A stretch of 64,000 nucleotides of DNA, from NCBI GenBank assembly GCA_963718605.1, contig OY970363.1, positions 1,795,239-1,859,238 on the forward strand, written 5' to 3'. Each line of letters opens with the position of its first letter. Position 1 is the first letter of the stretch. Below the pieces are notes generated by a model. That model ran no database searches and was not told where the DNA came from. It worked only from the letters and a program-made list of their open reading frames with translations. Below, in pieces: positions 40,585 through 49,588 of the stretch. The DNA comes from an uncultured Actinomycetes bacterium (lineage in GTDB: Bacteria > Actinomycetota > Acidimicrobiia > Acidimicrobiales > JACCXE01). Position numbers and translations under genes: made by a program.

Positions 40585-42180
40585 TTAGTAGCTAGGTGTA
40601 CTCGGAGATGCGGACACCGGGTTGCTGGGCTGCGCGTATGGCGCGGCCGCCGCAACGACGGGCGGAGCTGAGGCGAAGGCAAACTCCGGATAGGCGAGAG
40701 CGCCCATCTCGGGGATGTCCATACCCTCGATCTCTTCGTCGGCCGGCGGACGGATGCCGCCCTTCATGATCCCGTTCTGCACCTTGAAGAACAGATACGC
40801 GATGCCGAAGATCACGGTCCAGATCGTGAGCACGCCGAGCGCCTGCGCTCCCAGCTGACCCAGACCCGGATCCATGCCGTAGAAGAGGCCAGTGACGCCG
40901 TGCGCCGCTGCGGAGCCCTCGGTGGTCCCGTTCCACCCAGCGCCGTACGAGCCGTTGGCGAAGAGGCCCACAGCCAGTACGCCGAAGCTGCCGCACACAC
41001 CGTGCACTGCGATGGCGCCGACCGGGTCGTCGATCTTCATCTTGTTCTCGATGAAGCTCACGGCACCGATGACGAGGATGCCTGCGATGATGCCGATTAC
41101 GGCGGCGGCCCAAGCGTCGACGAAGGCGCAGGGTGCGGTGATGGCAACGAGGCCGGCGAGCATGCCGTTGACCATCATCCCGGGATCGGGCTTCTTGTCG
41201 CCCTTCATCATCAGGACGAACATGGTCGTGACGGCACCGAACGCAGCAGCCAGAGCCGTGTTCGCAGCAACCGTGGCGAACTGCACGTCGGTTACGGCGA
41301 AGGTCGACGCCGCGTTGAAGCCGAACCAGCCGAACAGCAGGATGAAGCAGCCGAGCATCGCCATCGGGATGTGGTGACCCGGAAGCGTGTTGGCCGAGCC
41401 GTCCTTGTTGAACTTGCCGATGCGGGGACCGAGCACGATGGCACCGGCGAGACCGGCAACACCGCCGACCGCATGCACGACACCGGAACCGGCGAAGTCG
41501 ACATAGCCGAGCCCGAGGTGCAACGACTCACCGACCTTGGCCAGCCAGCCGCCACCCCAAGTCCAGGCGCCGAAGATCGGGTAGTAGATCGCGCCGCAGA
41601 ACAAGCCCCAGCCGACGAACGCCTTCCACTTCCAGCGTTCCGCCATGGCACCGGTGGGAATGGTGGCCACGGTGTCCATGAAGGCCACCATGTAGAGGAA
41701 GAAGCCCATCACTGCAGGCGCTCCGGCTTTGCCGATGTCGGTGAGCGCCCAGCCGCCCTTCCACAGGAAGATCCAGTTGCCCGACCCGATGAGCGAACCG
41801 CCGAGCGGCGCGTTGTAACCGATGAGGGACAAGCTGTAGCCGCCGAACATCAGCGGGTAGCCGATGAGGAAGTACGCGACGAAACCCAAGCCGAAGATGG
41901 CGAAGTTCGTCGACACGACGTGCGAGGCGTGCTTGGCTCGGCAGAAACCGGTCTCGACCAGTGCGAAGCCAGCCTGCATGAAGATGACCAGAACGGCGCC
42001 GAGCACAACCCAGAGCAGGTTGACCTGCGTCCCCAGAGTCTCGACTGGTGTCAGTTTGTCGGCTGCGCCGGCGACACCTGACCAGGCAAGGCTGGCCGCC
42101 GCGGCTACCCCCACACCGACAGCGGCCTTTAGGCCAAACCGTCTGAGGGCCCCGGCAGAGGTACGCATGTTTGATGACAT
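40585..42180 (-). CDS. amt: ammonium transporter (Amt family), copy 2, with signal peptide and Pro/Ala-rich C-terminal tail
   Basis: ATG 42180 comes after aaggaag. Signal-like N-terminus (AAVGVGVAAAASLAWSGVAGA). Signatures: FMQAGFALVETGFCRAKH, VDFAGSGVVHAVGG. Confidence 0.9.
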   Translation of the reverse strand: MSSNMRTSAGALRRFGLKAAVGVGVAAAASLAWSGVAGAADKLTPVETLGTQVNLLWVVLGAVLVIFMQAGFALVETGFCRAKHASHVVSTNFAIFGLGFVAYFLIGYPLMFGGYSLSLIGYNAPLGGSLIGSGNWIFLWKGGWALTDIGKAGAPAVMGFFLYMVAFMDTVATIPTGAMAERWKWKAFVGWGLFCGAIYYPIFGAWTWGGGWLAKVGESLHLGLGYVDFAGSGVVHAVGGVAGLAGAIVLGPRIGKFNKDGSANTLPGHHIPMAMLGCFILLFGWFGFNAASTFAVTDVQFATVAANTALAAAFGAVTTMFVLMMKGDKKPDPGMMVNGMLAGLVAITAPCAFVDAWAAAVIGIIAGILVIGAVSFIENKMKIDDPVGAIAVHGVCGSFGVLAVGLFANGSYGAGWNGTTEGSAAAHGVTGLFYGMDPGLGQLGAQALGVLTIWTVIFGIAYLFFKVQNGIMKGGIRPPADEEIEGMDIPEMGALAYPEFAFASAPPVVAAAAPYAQPSNPVSASPSTPSY

Positions 42181-42247
42181 GTAGGTCTGCTTCCTTTCAG
42201 CAGCAATACGGTTGAGTTGCTACGAGGACGCACCCTGATGCACGCGT

Positions 42248-42285
42248 GTTTCGCAAACGCGCCTGCATCGTTTCGGCTGTGTGAA
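42248..42285 (-). promoter_or_regulatory. GlnR-type binding box (a1-n6-b1-n6-a2-n6-b2) upstream of amt copy 2
   Basis: The minus strand reads TTCAC-acagcc-GAAAC-gatgca-GGCGC-gtttgc-GAAAC, ending 67 nt upstream of the start codon. It fits the actinomycete GlnR consensus gTnAc-n6-GaAAc-n6-GtnAc-n6-GAAAc. It is near-identical to the box at 43749-43786. Confidence 0.55.
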
Positions 42286-42366
42286 CTTCACTTTTTCAAC
42301 GGACTCCGGAAACACGTTCGAAACAGTGAGCCGCCGTAAACGGCACCGATCGGTCAGACTCTCGAC

Positions 42367-42564
42367 GTGACAGAACCAGCAGGAGACGAGTTCAATCGCC
42401 GCCGCATCCGGCTTGGGCTGGCGATTCTCGGTGTCGTACTGGCGGTGGCGTTGTTCGTCGCAGTCGTGGTGCACGACCCGCTCGCGCGGTTGATCATGGG
42501 CGGCGTCGTGGTCTTCACTGTCTTTCGGCTTTACGTCCTCATCCGTTCACTGCGTCGGTCGTAG
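42367..42564 (+). CDS. hypothetical small two-TM membrane protein (65 aa)
   Basis: GTG start. Two clear hydrophobic helices (LGLAILGVVLAVALFVAVVV; IMGGVVVFTVFRLYVLI). It ends 5 nt before the next gene. Confidence 0.4.
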   Translation: MTEPAGDEFNRRRIRLGLAILGVVLAVALFVAVVVHDPLARLIMGGVVVFTVFRLYVLIRSLRRS

Positions 42565-42569
42565 GCGGC

Positions 42570-43364
42570 ATGCCAACGCTCGAACGCGCTGACGTAGTCA
42601 TCGCGTACGACGACAACGGCGGAGGCGGCGGTCCGCCGTTCGTGTTCGTGCACGGCTGGACGTGTGACCGCTCGTTCTTCGCTCCGCAGTTCGACTACTT
42701 CGGTGCGAACCATCGGGCGCTCGCACTCGATTTGCGCGGGCACGGCGAGAGCGGGCGGCCGGCGACGAGCGACTATTCGATTTCGGCGTTCGCGAGCGAC
42801 GTCGCGGCGGTGATCGACGAAGTGCTCGCTGCGCCGGCGGTCGTGGTGGGCCATTCGTTGGGCGGTGTGATCACGACGCAGCTTGCGGCTACGCGGCCCG
42901 ATCTTGTGGCTGCCGCGATCCTCGTGGACCCTGCACCTTTCGTCTTTTCCGCCGACTTTCGCGCCGTGATCGAGGCGGTCTTCGGGGAGATCGCTTCGTC
43001 TGAGGGTGAAGCGAGGCGAGCCGCCATCGTCGAGGGCATGTTCATGGCGACCGACGACGCCGAGCGCAGAGCCGGCATCGTGTCGGTGATGGCCGCCGTG
43101 CCCCACGAGATCGCGGCCCCCGCGATCGGCGGTTTGCTGTCGTTCGACGGCCCGGCCGCGTTAGCCGCGGTGCAGTGTCCGATCGCAGTGATCGCCTCGG
43201 ATGGCCCCGTCAACGATGCCGCCCTGATGAAGCAGTGCAACCCCCGGCTGCTGATCGGCCAAACCCTCGGTGCGGGTCACTTCAACCAACTGGAAGTGCC
43301 TGATCAGGTCAACGCCATGATCGAGCACTTCGTGCGCATCAACGCGCCGACCGCGCTGAGCTAA
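42570..43364 (+). CDS. alpha/beta hydrolase
   Basis: It has FVFVHGW and the nucleophile elbow VVGHSLGGV, with a C-terminal GAGHF histidine region. Confidence 0.8.
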   Translation: MPTLERADVVIAYDDNGGGGGPPFVFVHGWTCDRSFFAPQFDYFGANHRALALDLRGHGESGRPATSDYSISAFASDVAAVIDEVLAAPAVVVGHSLGGVITTQLAATRPDLVAAAILVDPAPFVFSADFRAVIEAVFGEIASSEGEARRAAIVEGMFMATDDAERRAGIVSVMAAVPHEIAAPAIGGLLSFDGPAALAAVQCPIAVIASDGPVNDAALMKQCNPRLLIGQTLGAGHFNQLEVPDQVNAMIEHFVRINAPTALS

Positions 43365-43702
43365 ATCGCCTCGTCGCCTTGCTCGGACGTACGAATCCGC
43401 ATGAGGGACGTGAGTTCGTAGCTCCAGATCTTGCCATCACCCACCTTGCCGGTGTGCGCCGACGTTGCGATGAGGTCGACAACCTTGTTCAGATCGCTCT
43501 TCTCGCACAGCACTTCGATTTTGACCTTCGGTACGAATTCCATCTTGTACTCGGAGCCCCGAAAGCTTTCGGTCTTACCGCCCTGGCGGCCGAATCCGCT
43601 CACCTCGGTGACGGTCAGCCCGAGCATTCCGGCGGCGCGCAAGTTTTCCTTCACATCTTCGAGCTTGAAGGGCTTGATAATCGCGGTAACCAGGTGCGCC
43701 AT
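43361..43702 (-). CDS. glnB: P-II nitrogen regulatory protein, copy 2
   Basis: ATG 43702 comes after aaggagaa. The sequence is MAHLVTAIIKPFKLEDV...GFGRQGGKTESFRGSEYKMEFVPKVKIEV. The Tyr equivalent to Y51 is retained (RGSEY). It is divergent from glnD. Confidence 0.9.
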   Translation of the reverse strand: MAHLVTAIIKPFKLEDVKENLRAAGMLGLTVTEVSGFGRQGGKTESFRGSEYKMEFVPKVKIEVLCEKSDLNKVVDLIATSAHTGKVGDGKIWSYELTSLMRIRTSEQGDEAI

Positions 43703-43748
43703 CGTTCTCCTTACGACCGAACTACGCACCGAAACGTACGGAGACGAA

Positions 43749-43786
43749 ATTTCTCGTCAGTTCCGCTTACGTTTCGGCAGTGTGAA
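43749..43786 (-). promoter_or_regulatory. GlnR-type binding box in the glnB/glnD divergent intergenic region
   Basis: The minus strand reads TTCAC-actgcc-GAAAC-gtaagc-GGAAC-tgacga-GAAAT. It lies 46 nt from the glnB start and 50 nt from the glnD start. The first 19 nt (GTTCACAC[A/T]GCCGAAACG) are 18/19 identical to the amt copy 2 box. Confidence 0.55.
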
Positions 43787-43836
43787 CTGACGCGAGCCTT
43801 ACGCCTAGGAAGTTCTGGCCCTCGTACGCTGAATCC

Positions 43837-46125
43837 ATGGAGCTCGACCGCGCCGGGTTGATCACCGATCGGTCCCGCACGGGGGCGGCGTGGTGCCTGG
43901 CGTACAGCGATGCGGTCGATCGTTGGCTCGCCGGACTCTTCGAGGCGGCCAGCGACAGCGACGAGAACGGTCTGGCGCTTGTCGCCGTGGGCGGGTACGG
44001 ACGCGCGGAGCTGGCTCCCGGGAGCGACATCGACCTCATGCTGCTGCACAACGGACGCGGGGACATTGAAGCGATCGCCAACCGCGTTTGGTATCCGATC
44101 TGGGACAGCGGGCTGCACCTCGGCCACAGTGTGCAGACGCCCAAGCAGGCGCTCAGCCTCGCAGCAGACGACCTCGACACGGCGACGGCGCTTTTGAGTG
44201 CTCGCCATGTCGCCGGAGATTCGCGCCTCACTGCAGAACTCGGTGGCGCCGCGCACGCTCAGTGGACGAAACGGTCCAAACGCTGGTTGCAGGCGCTCGG
44301 CGATCGTGTCGACGAACGTCACGCCAGCGCCGGTGAAGTCGCGTTCCGGCTCGAACCCGATCTGAAAGACGGTCGCGGTGGCCTGCGCGACGTGCACGCC
44401 CTGCGGTGGGCTGAGTTGGCCGATCGCGTGCTCGTCGAACACGACGACGCCGCGCTAGTTGCGGCGTACGAAATTCTGCTGAACGCACGTGTCGAGTTGC
44501 AACGCATCACGGGTCGCAACGGCAACGTCGTGCATCTGCAAGACCAGCGCGCGGTGGCGGCGAACCTCGGATTTGGTTCGAGCGACGAGTTGATGTCGGG
44601 CGTGGCCGAGGCGGCCCGCACGATTGCCTGGACCAGCGACGACACTTGGCGACGAGTTCGTGCCGGATTCAAGAGCTCAGTGGCCCGCGTAAGGCGCCGT
44701 GCCAAAGAAGTTGGCCCGGGCATCACGTTGAGCGACGACGAGCTTCATGTCGACCCCGCAATCGCGGCGCGCGATCCGCTGATGGCGCTGCGCGTCGCGG
44801 TTGCGGCGGCGCGTGACGACGTCGCCATCGAGCGCGAGTCGTTGGAGTTGTTGGCCAAGACGCCGACGTTGCCTGCGCGCTGGAACGACGAGATGCGCGG
44901 CTTGTTCGTGGACCTGTTCCTCGCAGGCCGGCCGGCGATTCGCGTGGTCGAGGCGTTCGACCAGCGCGGCGTGTGGACGCGCATGATGCCGGAGTGGCTG
45001 CCGGTGCGAGCCAAGCCGCAGCACAACGCGTACCACCGCTTCACCGTCGACCGTCACCTCCTCGAAGCCACCGCGAACGCCGCCGCGCTCACAGACCGCG
45101 TGTCCCGACCGGATCTCTTGGTTATGGGCGCACTGATGCACGATCTCGGAAAGGGGCTGCCGGGCGACCACACCGAGGTCGGCATGACGCTCGTGGCCGC
45201 GCTCGCGGAGCGAATGGGCTTCTCAGCAGACGACGCGGCCACGCTCGTGGCGATGGTCGAACACCACCTGCTTCTGCCTGACGTCGCGACGCGTCGCGAC
45301 CTGGACGATCCGTCCACCATCGAACGCGTTGCGGACCAGGTCGGCAGCGCCGAACGCCTCGAGCTGTTGGCCGCACTCACCGAGGCGGACTCGCTGGCGA
45401 CCGGCCCGTCGGCGTGGAGCCCCTGGAAGGCTCACCTACTCGCACAACTCGTCGCCCGCGTCGGCCACGTCCTCGGCGGTGGCGAGGCGACCGTGGCAAC
45501 CGCCGGGTCGTTCCCCCGCGACGAGCAACTTGACGCGCTCAAGGAACCCGGCCAGCGCATCGATGCACAAGGCGACCTGCTCACGATCATGACCGACGAC
45601 CGTCCCGGTCTTTTTGCCCGCGTCACCGGCGTGCTCGCGATGCATGGCCTCGACGTGCTCACCGCGGGCGTCTACTCGAGCGCGGACGGGCGCGCCCTCG
45701 AAGAGTTCCGCGTCAACGACCCCTTCCGCGACGAAACCCCGTGGCCGCGCGTCATCGCCGACATTGAGCGCGCCCTGGACGGCCGCCTCGCCGTGCACGC
45801 CCGCGTCGCCGAACGCGCTCGCACCTACGGCAAGCCGTCGCCCTACCTCGCGGGCTCACGTAAGAGCGCGGTCACGATCGACAACCGCGCGTCGGCCGAC
45901 GCCACGGTCATCGACGTGGAGACGCCGGACCGCATCGGCGTGCTGTACGCCATCGCGCGAGCCCTGGCGGAGATGGACCTCGACGTGCGCTCGGCGAAAG
46001 TTCAGACCCTTGGATTGCGCGTGGTGGACGCGTTCTACGTCTGCGACCGCGCCGGCGAGAAGGTCGATGATCCGCACATGCTCGAAGAAATCGAGCGGGC
46101 AATCCTGTACAACCTCACTGGGTAA
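43837..46125 (+). CDS. glnD: [protein-PII] uridylyl/adenylyl-transferase
   Basis: 762 aa. Nucleotidyltransferase motif VAVGGYGRAELAPGSDIDLMLLH. HD domain YHRFTVDRH...LMHDLGK. Two C-terminal ACT domains. Confidence 0.9.
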   Translation: MELDRAGLITDRSRTGAAWCLAYSDAVDRWLAGLFEAASDSDENGLALVAVGGYGRAELAPGSDIDLMLLHNGRGDIEAIANRVWYPIWDSGLHLGHSVQTPKQALSLAADDLDTATALLSARHVAGDSRLTAELGGAAHAQWTKRSKRWLQALGDRVDERHASAGEVAFRLEPDLKDGRGGLRDVHALRWAELADRVLVEHDDAALVAAYEILLNARVELQRITGRNGNVVHLQDQRAVAANLGFGSSDELMSGVAEAARTIAWTSDDTWRRVRAGFKSSVARVRRRAKEVGPGITLSDDELHVDPAIAARDPLMALRVAVAAARDDVAIERESLELLAKTPTLPARWNDEMRGLFVDLFLAGRPAIRVVEAFDQRGVWTRMMPEWLPVRAKPQHNAYHRFTVDRHLLEATANAAALTDRVSRPDLLVMGALMHDLGKGLPGDHTEVGMTLVAALAERMGFSADDAATLVAMVEHHLLLPDVATRRDLDDPSTIERVADQVGSAERLELLAALTEADSLATGPSAWSPWKAHLLAQLVARVGHVLGGGEATVATAGSFPRDEQLDALKEPGQRIDAQGDLLTIMTDDRPGLFARVTGVLAMHGLDVLTAGVYSSADGRALEEFRVNDPFRDETPWPRVIADIERALDGRLAVHARVAERARTYGKPSPYLAGSRKSAVTIDNRASADATVIDVETPDRIGVLYAIARALAEMDLDVRSAKVQTLGLRVVDAFYVCDRAGEKVDDPHMLEEIERAILYNLTG

Positions 46126-46163
46126 CGCCGTTCGGGCGTTGCGCCATTTACATTGGGGCCAGC

Positions 46164-47744
46164 ATGCGCAAACTCATCGTTTCTGTGGTCGTTCTCGCTT
46201 CGATGGCCTTCGCCGCCCCCTCGGCGTGGGCGGCGAACGTGGTCGTGCCCCCCGGCGGCGGTCCCCATGTCCGCATCTTCAACGGATCGGGCGGCGCGGT
46301 CGGCGGCTTCTTCGCCTACGAACCCACCTTCGGCGGCGGTGTCACTGTCGCGATCGGCGACGTCACCGGCGATTCGCAGCCAGAGGTTGTTACCGGGGCC
46401 GGGCCGAGCGGCGCGCCGGTTGTGAAGGTGTATTCGCTGGCGGGCGAGCAACTCGCGTCGTGGGACGCGTACGTGTCGGGCTTCAGCGGCGGCGTATCCG
46501 TGGCCGTGGCGAATGTCGTCGACGGCGGCAAGGACGAGATCGTCACCGGGCCTGGTTTCGGCGGCGGCCCCGACGTGCGCGTATTCGACGCGAACGGTGG
46601 CCTGCTGCGCGAGTGGATGGCGTATGACCCCGCGTTCAGCGGCGGCATCCACGTGGCCGCGGGATCGGCCGACAACGCGATCACCCCCCGCGTCGTAACC
46701 GCACCTCTCTACGGCGGTGGTCCGCACGTGCGGGTCTTCGATGCCAACAGCGGCGAGGTCAAGGGCGAGTGGATGGCCTACGCGCCGGACTTCACCGGCG
46801 GCGTCAACGTGGCCGCCGGCTTCGGTCGGGTCGCCACCGCGCCGGCGAGCAACGGCGGCCCGCACGTCCGTTTGTTCGGCCAAGGCGGCGAGCCGGCTGG
46901 TGAGTGGATGGCGTATGACCCCGCGTTCAACGGCGGCGTTGAGATCGCGCTCGGTGTGGTCGATGGGGTGCAGTCCATCGTCACCGGGGCTGGGCCCGGG
47001 GGTGGCCCGCACGTGAAGGTGTTCAACTCGAGCGGTCAAGAGCGCTCGGGGTTCTTCGCGTACGACAACAACTACACGGGCGGCGTGAACGTCGCGGCCG
47101 GCAACGGGCTCGTGGTGACGGGTGCCGGCGTGGCCCGCGTCGTCGAGGTTCTGCAGCTGGGCGCCCTCGGTTCCGGCGTCGCCGGTCTCCAGCAGCGCCT
47201 GCTGGACATGGGCTTCTTTCTGCCCGGGGTCAACGGTAAGTTCGACGCCAACACCACGCAAGCCGTCTACGCCTTCCAAAAGGCGAACGGCCTGCCGCGG
47301 GACGGCAAGATCGGCCCCGAAGACACGCCGGCGTTGAACGCGGGCGTTCGCCCGTCGCCGGTGAGTACGTCGGGCAACCTCGTGGAAGTCGACAAGGCGC
47401 GGCAGCTGCTGTTCGTCGTGCGCAACGGGGTGACCCAATGGGCCTTCAATACGTCGACGGGCAGCGAGAAGTACTACACGAGCGAAGGGAACCGTTACCT
47501 GGCGCACACCCCCGAAGGACACTTCACCTTTGACCGCCAGATCAACGGGACACGCGTGTCGCACCTCGGCGAGCTGTTCCGGCCGAAGTACTTCACGTCA
47601 GCCGGCCACGCGATTCACGGTTCGCCGTCAATCCCGCCGTACCCCGCGTCGCACGGATGTGTGCGGCTGAGCAACGCAGCGATCAACTTCATCTGGGACG
47701 CGGGACTCGCGCCATTGGGTTCCCCGATTTGGGTGCACTCGTAG
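46164..47744 (+). CDS. secreted L,D-transpeptidase with N-terminal repeat (FG-GAP-like) propeller and peptidoglycan-binding domain
   Basis: Signal peptide VVVLASMAFAAPSAWA. Six or seven repeats of about 45 aa follow (GGGPHVRVFDANGG..WMAYDPAFSGGV.VAAG). A PG_binding_1-like segment is present (VAGLQQRLLDMGFF...TTQAVYAFQKANGLPRDGKIG). The YkuD active site is HGSPSIPPYPASHGCVRL. Confidence 0.85.
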   Translation: MRKLIVSVVVLASMAFAAPSAWAANVVVPPGGGPHVRIFNGSGGAVGGFFAYEPTFGGGVTVAIGDVTGDSQPEVVTGAGPSGAPVVKVYSLAGEQLASWDAYVSGFSGGVSVAVANVVDGGKDEIVTGPGFGGGPDVRVFDANGGLLREWMAYDPAFSGGIHVAAGSADNAITPRVVTAPLYGGGPHVRVFDANSGEVKGEWMAYAPDFTGGVNVAAGFGRVATAPASNGGPHVRLFGQGGEPAGEWMAYDPAFNGGVEIALGVVDGVQSIVTGAGPGGGPHVKVFNSSGQERSGFFAYDNNYTGGVNVAAGNGLVVTGAGVARVVEVLQLGALGSGVAGLQQRLLDMGFFLPGVNGKFDANTTQAVYAFQKANGLPRDGKIGPEDTPALNAGVRPSPVSTSGNLVEVDKARQLLFVVRNGVTQWAFNTSTGSEKYYTSEGNRYLAHTPEGHFTFDRQINGTRVSHLGELFRPKYFTSAGHAIHGSPSIPPYPASHGCVRLSNAAINFIWDAGLAPLGSPIWVHS

Positions 47745-48654
47745 GCCCGTCGAACCGCAGCGGCGCCAGGTAGACGCCGCCCTGGCCCCATCCGCAGTGG
47801 CTGATCCAGTCGTTGCCCTGTTCGTCAACAATTACTTCCGCCGCGTGCGACGCGATTTCGCCGACGAGGTCGGCGCGGTCGAAGCGCAGCGGGTCATCGG
47901 ACGCCAACACGATGGTTGACGAATACGCGGCGGCCCAGTCGACGCGTTCGCCGGCGGCTTGTTTCGCAACCGCGTCGCTGTAACCCGCCGGCCCCATGAA
48001 CAGGTAGTAGATGCCGTTGCGTTGCACGACGAAGGGGGACTCGGTCGGCCCCGCGCCTGTGCCTTCCGCCTCGTCGCGGTAAACGATCGTGCGACCTGAC
48101 CAGTGCACGAGGTCGTCGGACTCGGTCGCGATCACTACGTGGTTGCCGAAGTGCGGTTCGCTGTTGGCGGTGTAATACATCACCCAACGGTCCTCGACCC
48201 ACAACACCATCGGGTCGCGCGCCTCGTAGCCGTCCACCACGAGCGGGTTGTCTGGATGGCGGGTCCAGTTGACGCAGTCCTCGGACGTCGCAAGGTGCAG
48301 CCGGTATTTCTCGCCGCTCTCGAGGCTGCCACCGCACACGAACATCCAGTACCGGTCGTCGTGCGCGATCACGTGCGGAGCCCAGAGGTGTCGTTCACCC
48401 CAGGTCGTGTCGGCGGTGAGGCACGGCGGTTGCTTCGTCCACGGACCCCACAGAGACGGCGCGGTCGCGTGGCACAGGTCGACTTCTTCGGACGGTTTGA
48501 AGGGCTCCGCGTGCGTGATGCCGATGAGGTGCCACGTGCCTTCGTGGTCCCGAACGAACGTGTGGTCGTTGACGTACCACTGCTCGGCTTCGTCGACCGA
48601 CGGGTCGTAGATGTGTTGGAACTCGCCGGCAATCACGGACGGTGAATCGATCAC
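47689..48654 (-). CDS. five-bladed beta-propeller glycoside hydrolase-like protein (GH32/GH43 superfamily), cytoplasmic
   Basis: It has WYVNDHTF (compare WMNDPNG), RDPMVLW (the RDP motif) and TESPFVV (compare the ECP motif). No signal peptide. The 3' end overlaps the convergent gene by 56 nt. Confidence 0.65.
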   Translation of the reverse strand: MIDSPSVIAGEFQHIYDPSVDEAEQWYVNDHTFVRDHEGTWHLIGITHAEPFKPSEEVDLCHATAPSLWGPWTKQPPCLTADTTWGERHLWAPHVIAHDDRYWMFVCGGSLESGEKYRLHLATSEDCVNWTRHPDNPLVVDGYEARDPMVLWVEDRWVMYYTANSEPHFGNHVVIATESDDLVHWSGRTIVYRDEAEGTGAGPTESPFVVQRNGIYYLFMGPAGYSDAVAKQAAGERVDWAAAYSSTIVLASDDPLRFDRADLVGEIASHAAEVIVDEQGNDWISHCGWGQGGVYLAPLRFDGPTSAPKSGNPMARVPRPR

Positions 48655-48663
48655 CGCCGCAGG

Positions 48664-49158
48664 CTAAGTCGCGGCTGCGGTCAGTCCCGCGAAGTCAAGC
48701 GCCAGTTCGCGGAAGGCGCCGAAGTCCATTTGCACCGCTTCGGCTGTCGCGTCGTCGATCGCGCCGGGGTTTTGGTTGCACGCGGTTACCGCGGACGCGG
48801 CCGCACCCACGAGTCGCTGTGCGACATCGGCGGCTTTGCCGCCCACCTTCGACAGGTCCTGGTCGAGTCGCGCGTGGCGGCTGGTGATCGCTGCGCATGC
48901 GCGCGTCACCTGCGCCGAGTCGCGGGTGTCACCGGTGAACGACAGCTGGTAGCCCAGAGCTTCCAGCGCGTCGCCGAACTCGAAGACTCGCTCGGACAAA
49001 TGCGGATCGACCTTCTTGGCCGCGGCCAACTTCACGTCTGCGATCCCAACGGCGTGGCCCTTGGTCCTCACCGTTGCGGCGGCGTGGTCATCGCCGCGGC
49101 CACACGCTCCGAGCATGAGCGCCACCGCCGCTATGAGCATCGTTCTCCGCACAACCAC
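48664..49158 (-). CDS. hypothetical lipoprotein (164 aa)
   Basis: Signal peptide with lipobox LIAAVALMLGAC. The rest is helical and Ala-rich. Confidence 0.5.
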   Translation of the reverse strand: MVVRRTMLIAAVALMLGACGRGDDHAAATVRTKGHAVGIADVKLAAAKKVDPHLSERVFEFGDALEALGYQLSFTGDTRDSAQVTRACAAITSRHARLDQDLSKVGGKAADVAQRLVGAAASAVTACNQNPGAIDDATAEAVQMDFGAFRELALDFAGLTAAAT

Positions 49159-49289
49159 CCTGCCGTCTCCCGTTTACAAGTGGGCGATCACTACCCACCC
49201 TGAGCGCGAAACAGACGCGGCGAGTGAGGTTCGTTCGGAAGTCGGACGGGTACATGCATGTCACCCCCCGACCACGTAGGAGACAAACA

Positions 49290-49511
49290 ATGGGTATCGG
49301 AACCAGCATCCTTCTTTTCGCAGTCGGAGCGATCCTTCGCTTCGCTGTCACCGTCACCAATCCCGACGGGTTTGACATCCACATGATCGGCAACATCCTC
49401 ATGCTCGTCGGCATCGTCGGCGCCCTGCTTTCGCTCGCGTTCTGGAGCTCATGGGGCGGATTCGGTGGAGAAGAGCGACGTGGCCGCGACGTAACCGTCG
49501 TCGAGCGGTAA
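49290..49511 (+). CDS. small two-TM membrane protein (DUF6458-like)
   Basis: ATG 49290 comes after aggaga. The sequence is MGIGTSILLFAVGAILRFAV...MIGNILMLVGIVGALLSLAFW. A strong terminator follows. Confidence 0.55.
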   Translation: MGIGTSILLFAVGAILRFAVTVTNPDGFDIHMIGNILMLVGIVGALLSLAFWSSWGGFGGEERRGRDVTVVER

Positions 49512-49527
49512 CGCCACAGCTCTTAAG

Positions 49528-49570
49528 AGAGCCCGCCACGACTTCGGTCGTGGCGGGCTCTTTTCGTTTT
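49528..49570 (+). terminator. rho-independent terminator
   Basis: The sequence gagcccgccacgac-ttcg-gtcgtggcgggctc forms a 14-15 bp perfect stem. It is followed by ttttcgtttt. Confidence 0.8.
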
Positions 49571-49588
49571 CGAGGCTTTTAGCTGCTC

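Noticed and set aside
43361-43702. Possibility that PII copy 2 lacks the modifiable T-loop tyrosine (SFRGSEY versus VYRGKEY)
   Set aside because: After correcting the register, the Phe replaces the residue equivalent to Tyr46. The modification site equivalent to Tyr51 (RGSEY) is retained.
47689-47744. Convergent 3' overlaps of coding regions (47689-47744, 24309-24372, 29958-29974) as possible antisense regulation
   Set aside because: Overlaps of this size are common in GC-rich genomes where stop codons are rare. The overlapping tails are not conserved-looking, and nothing in the sequence indicates a function.
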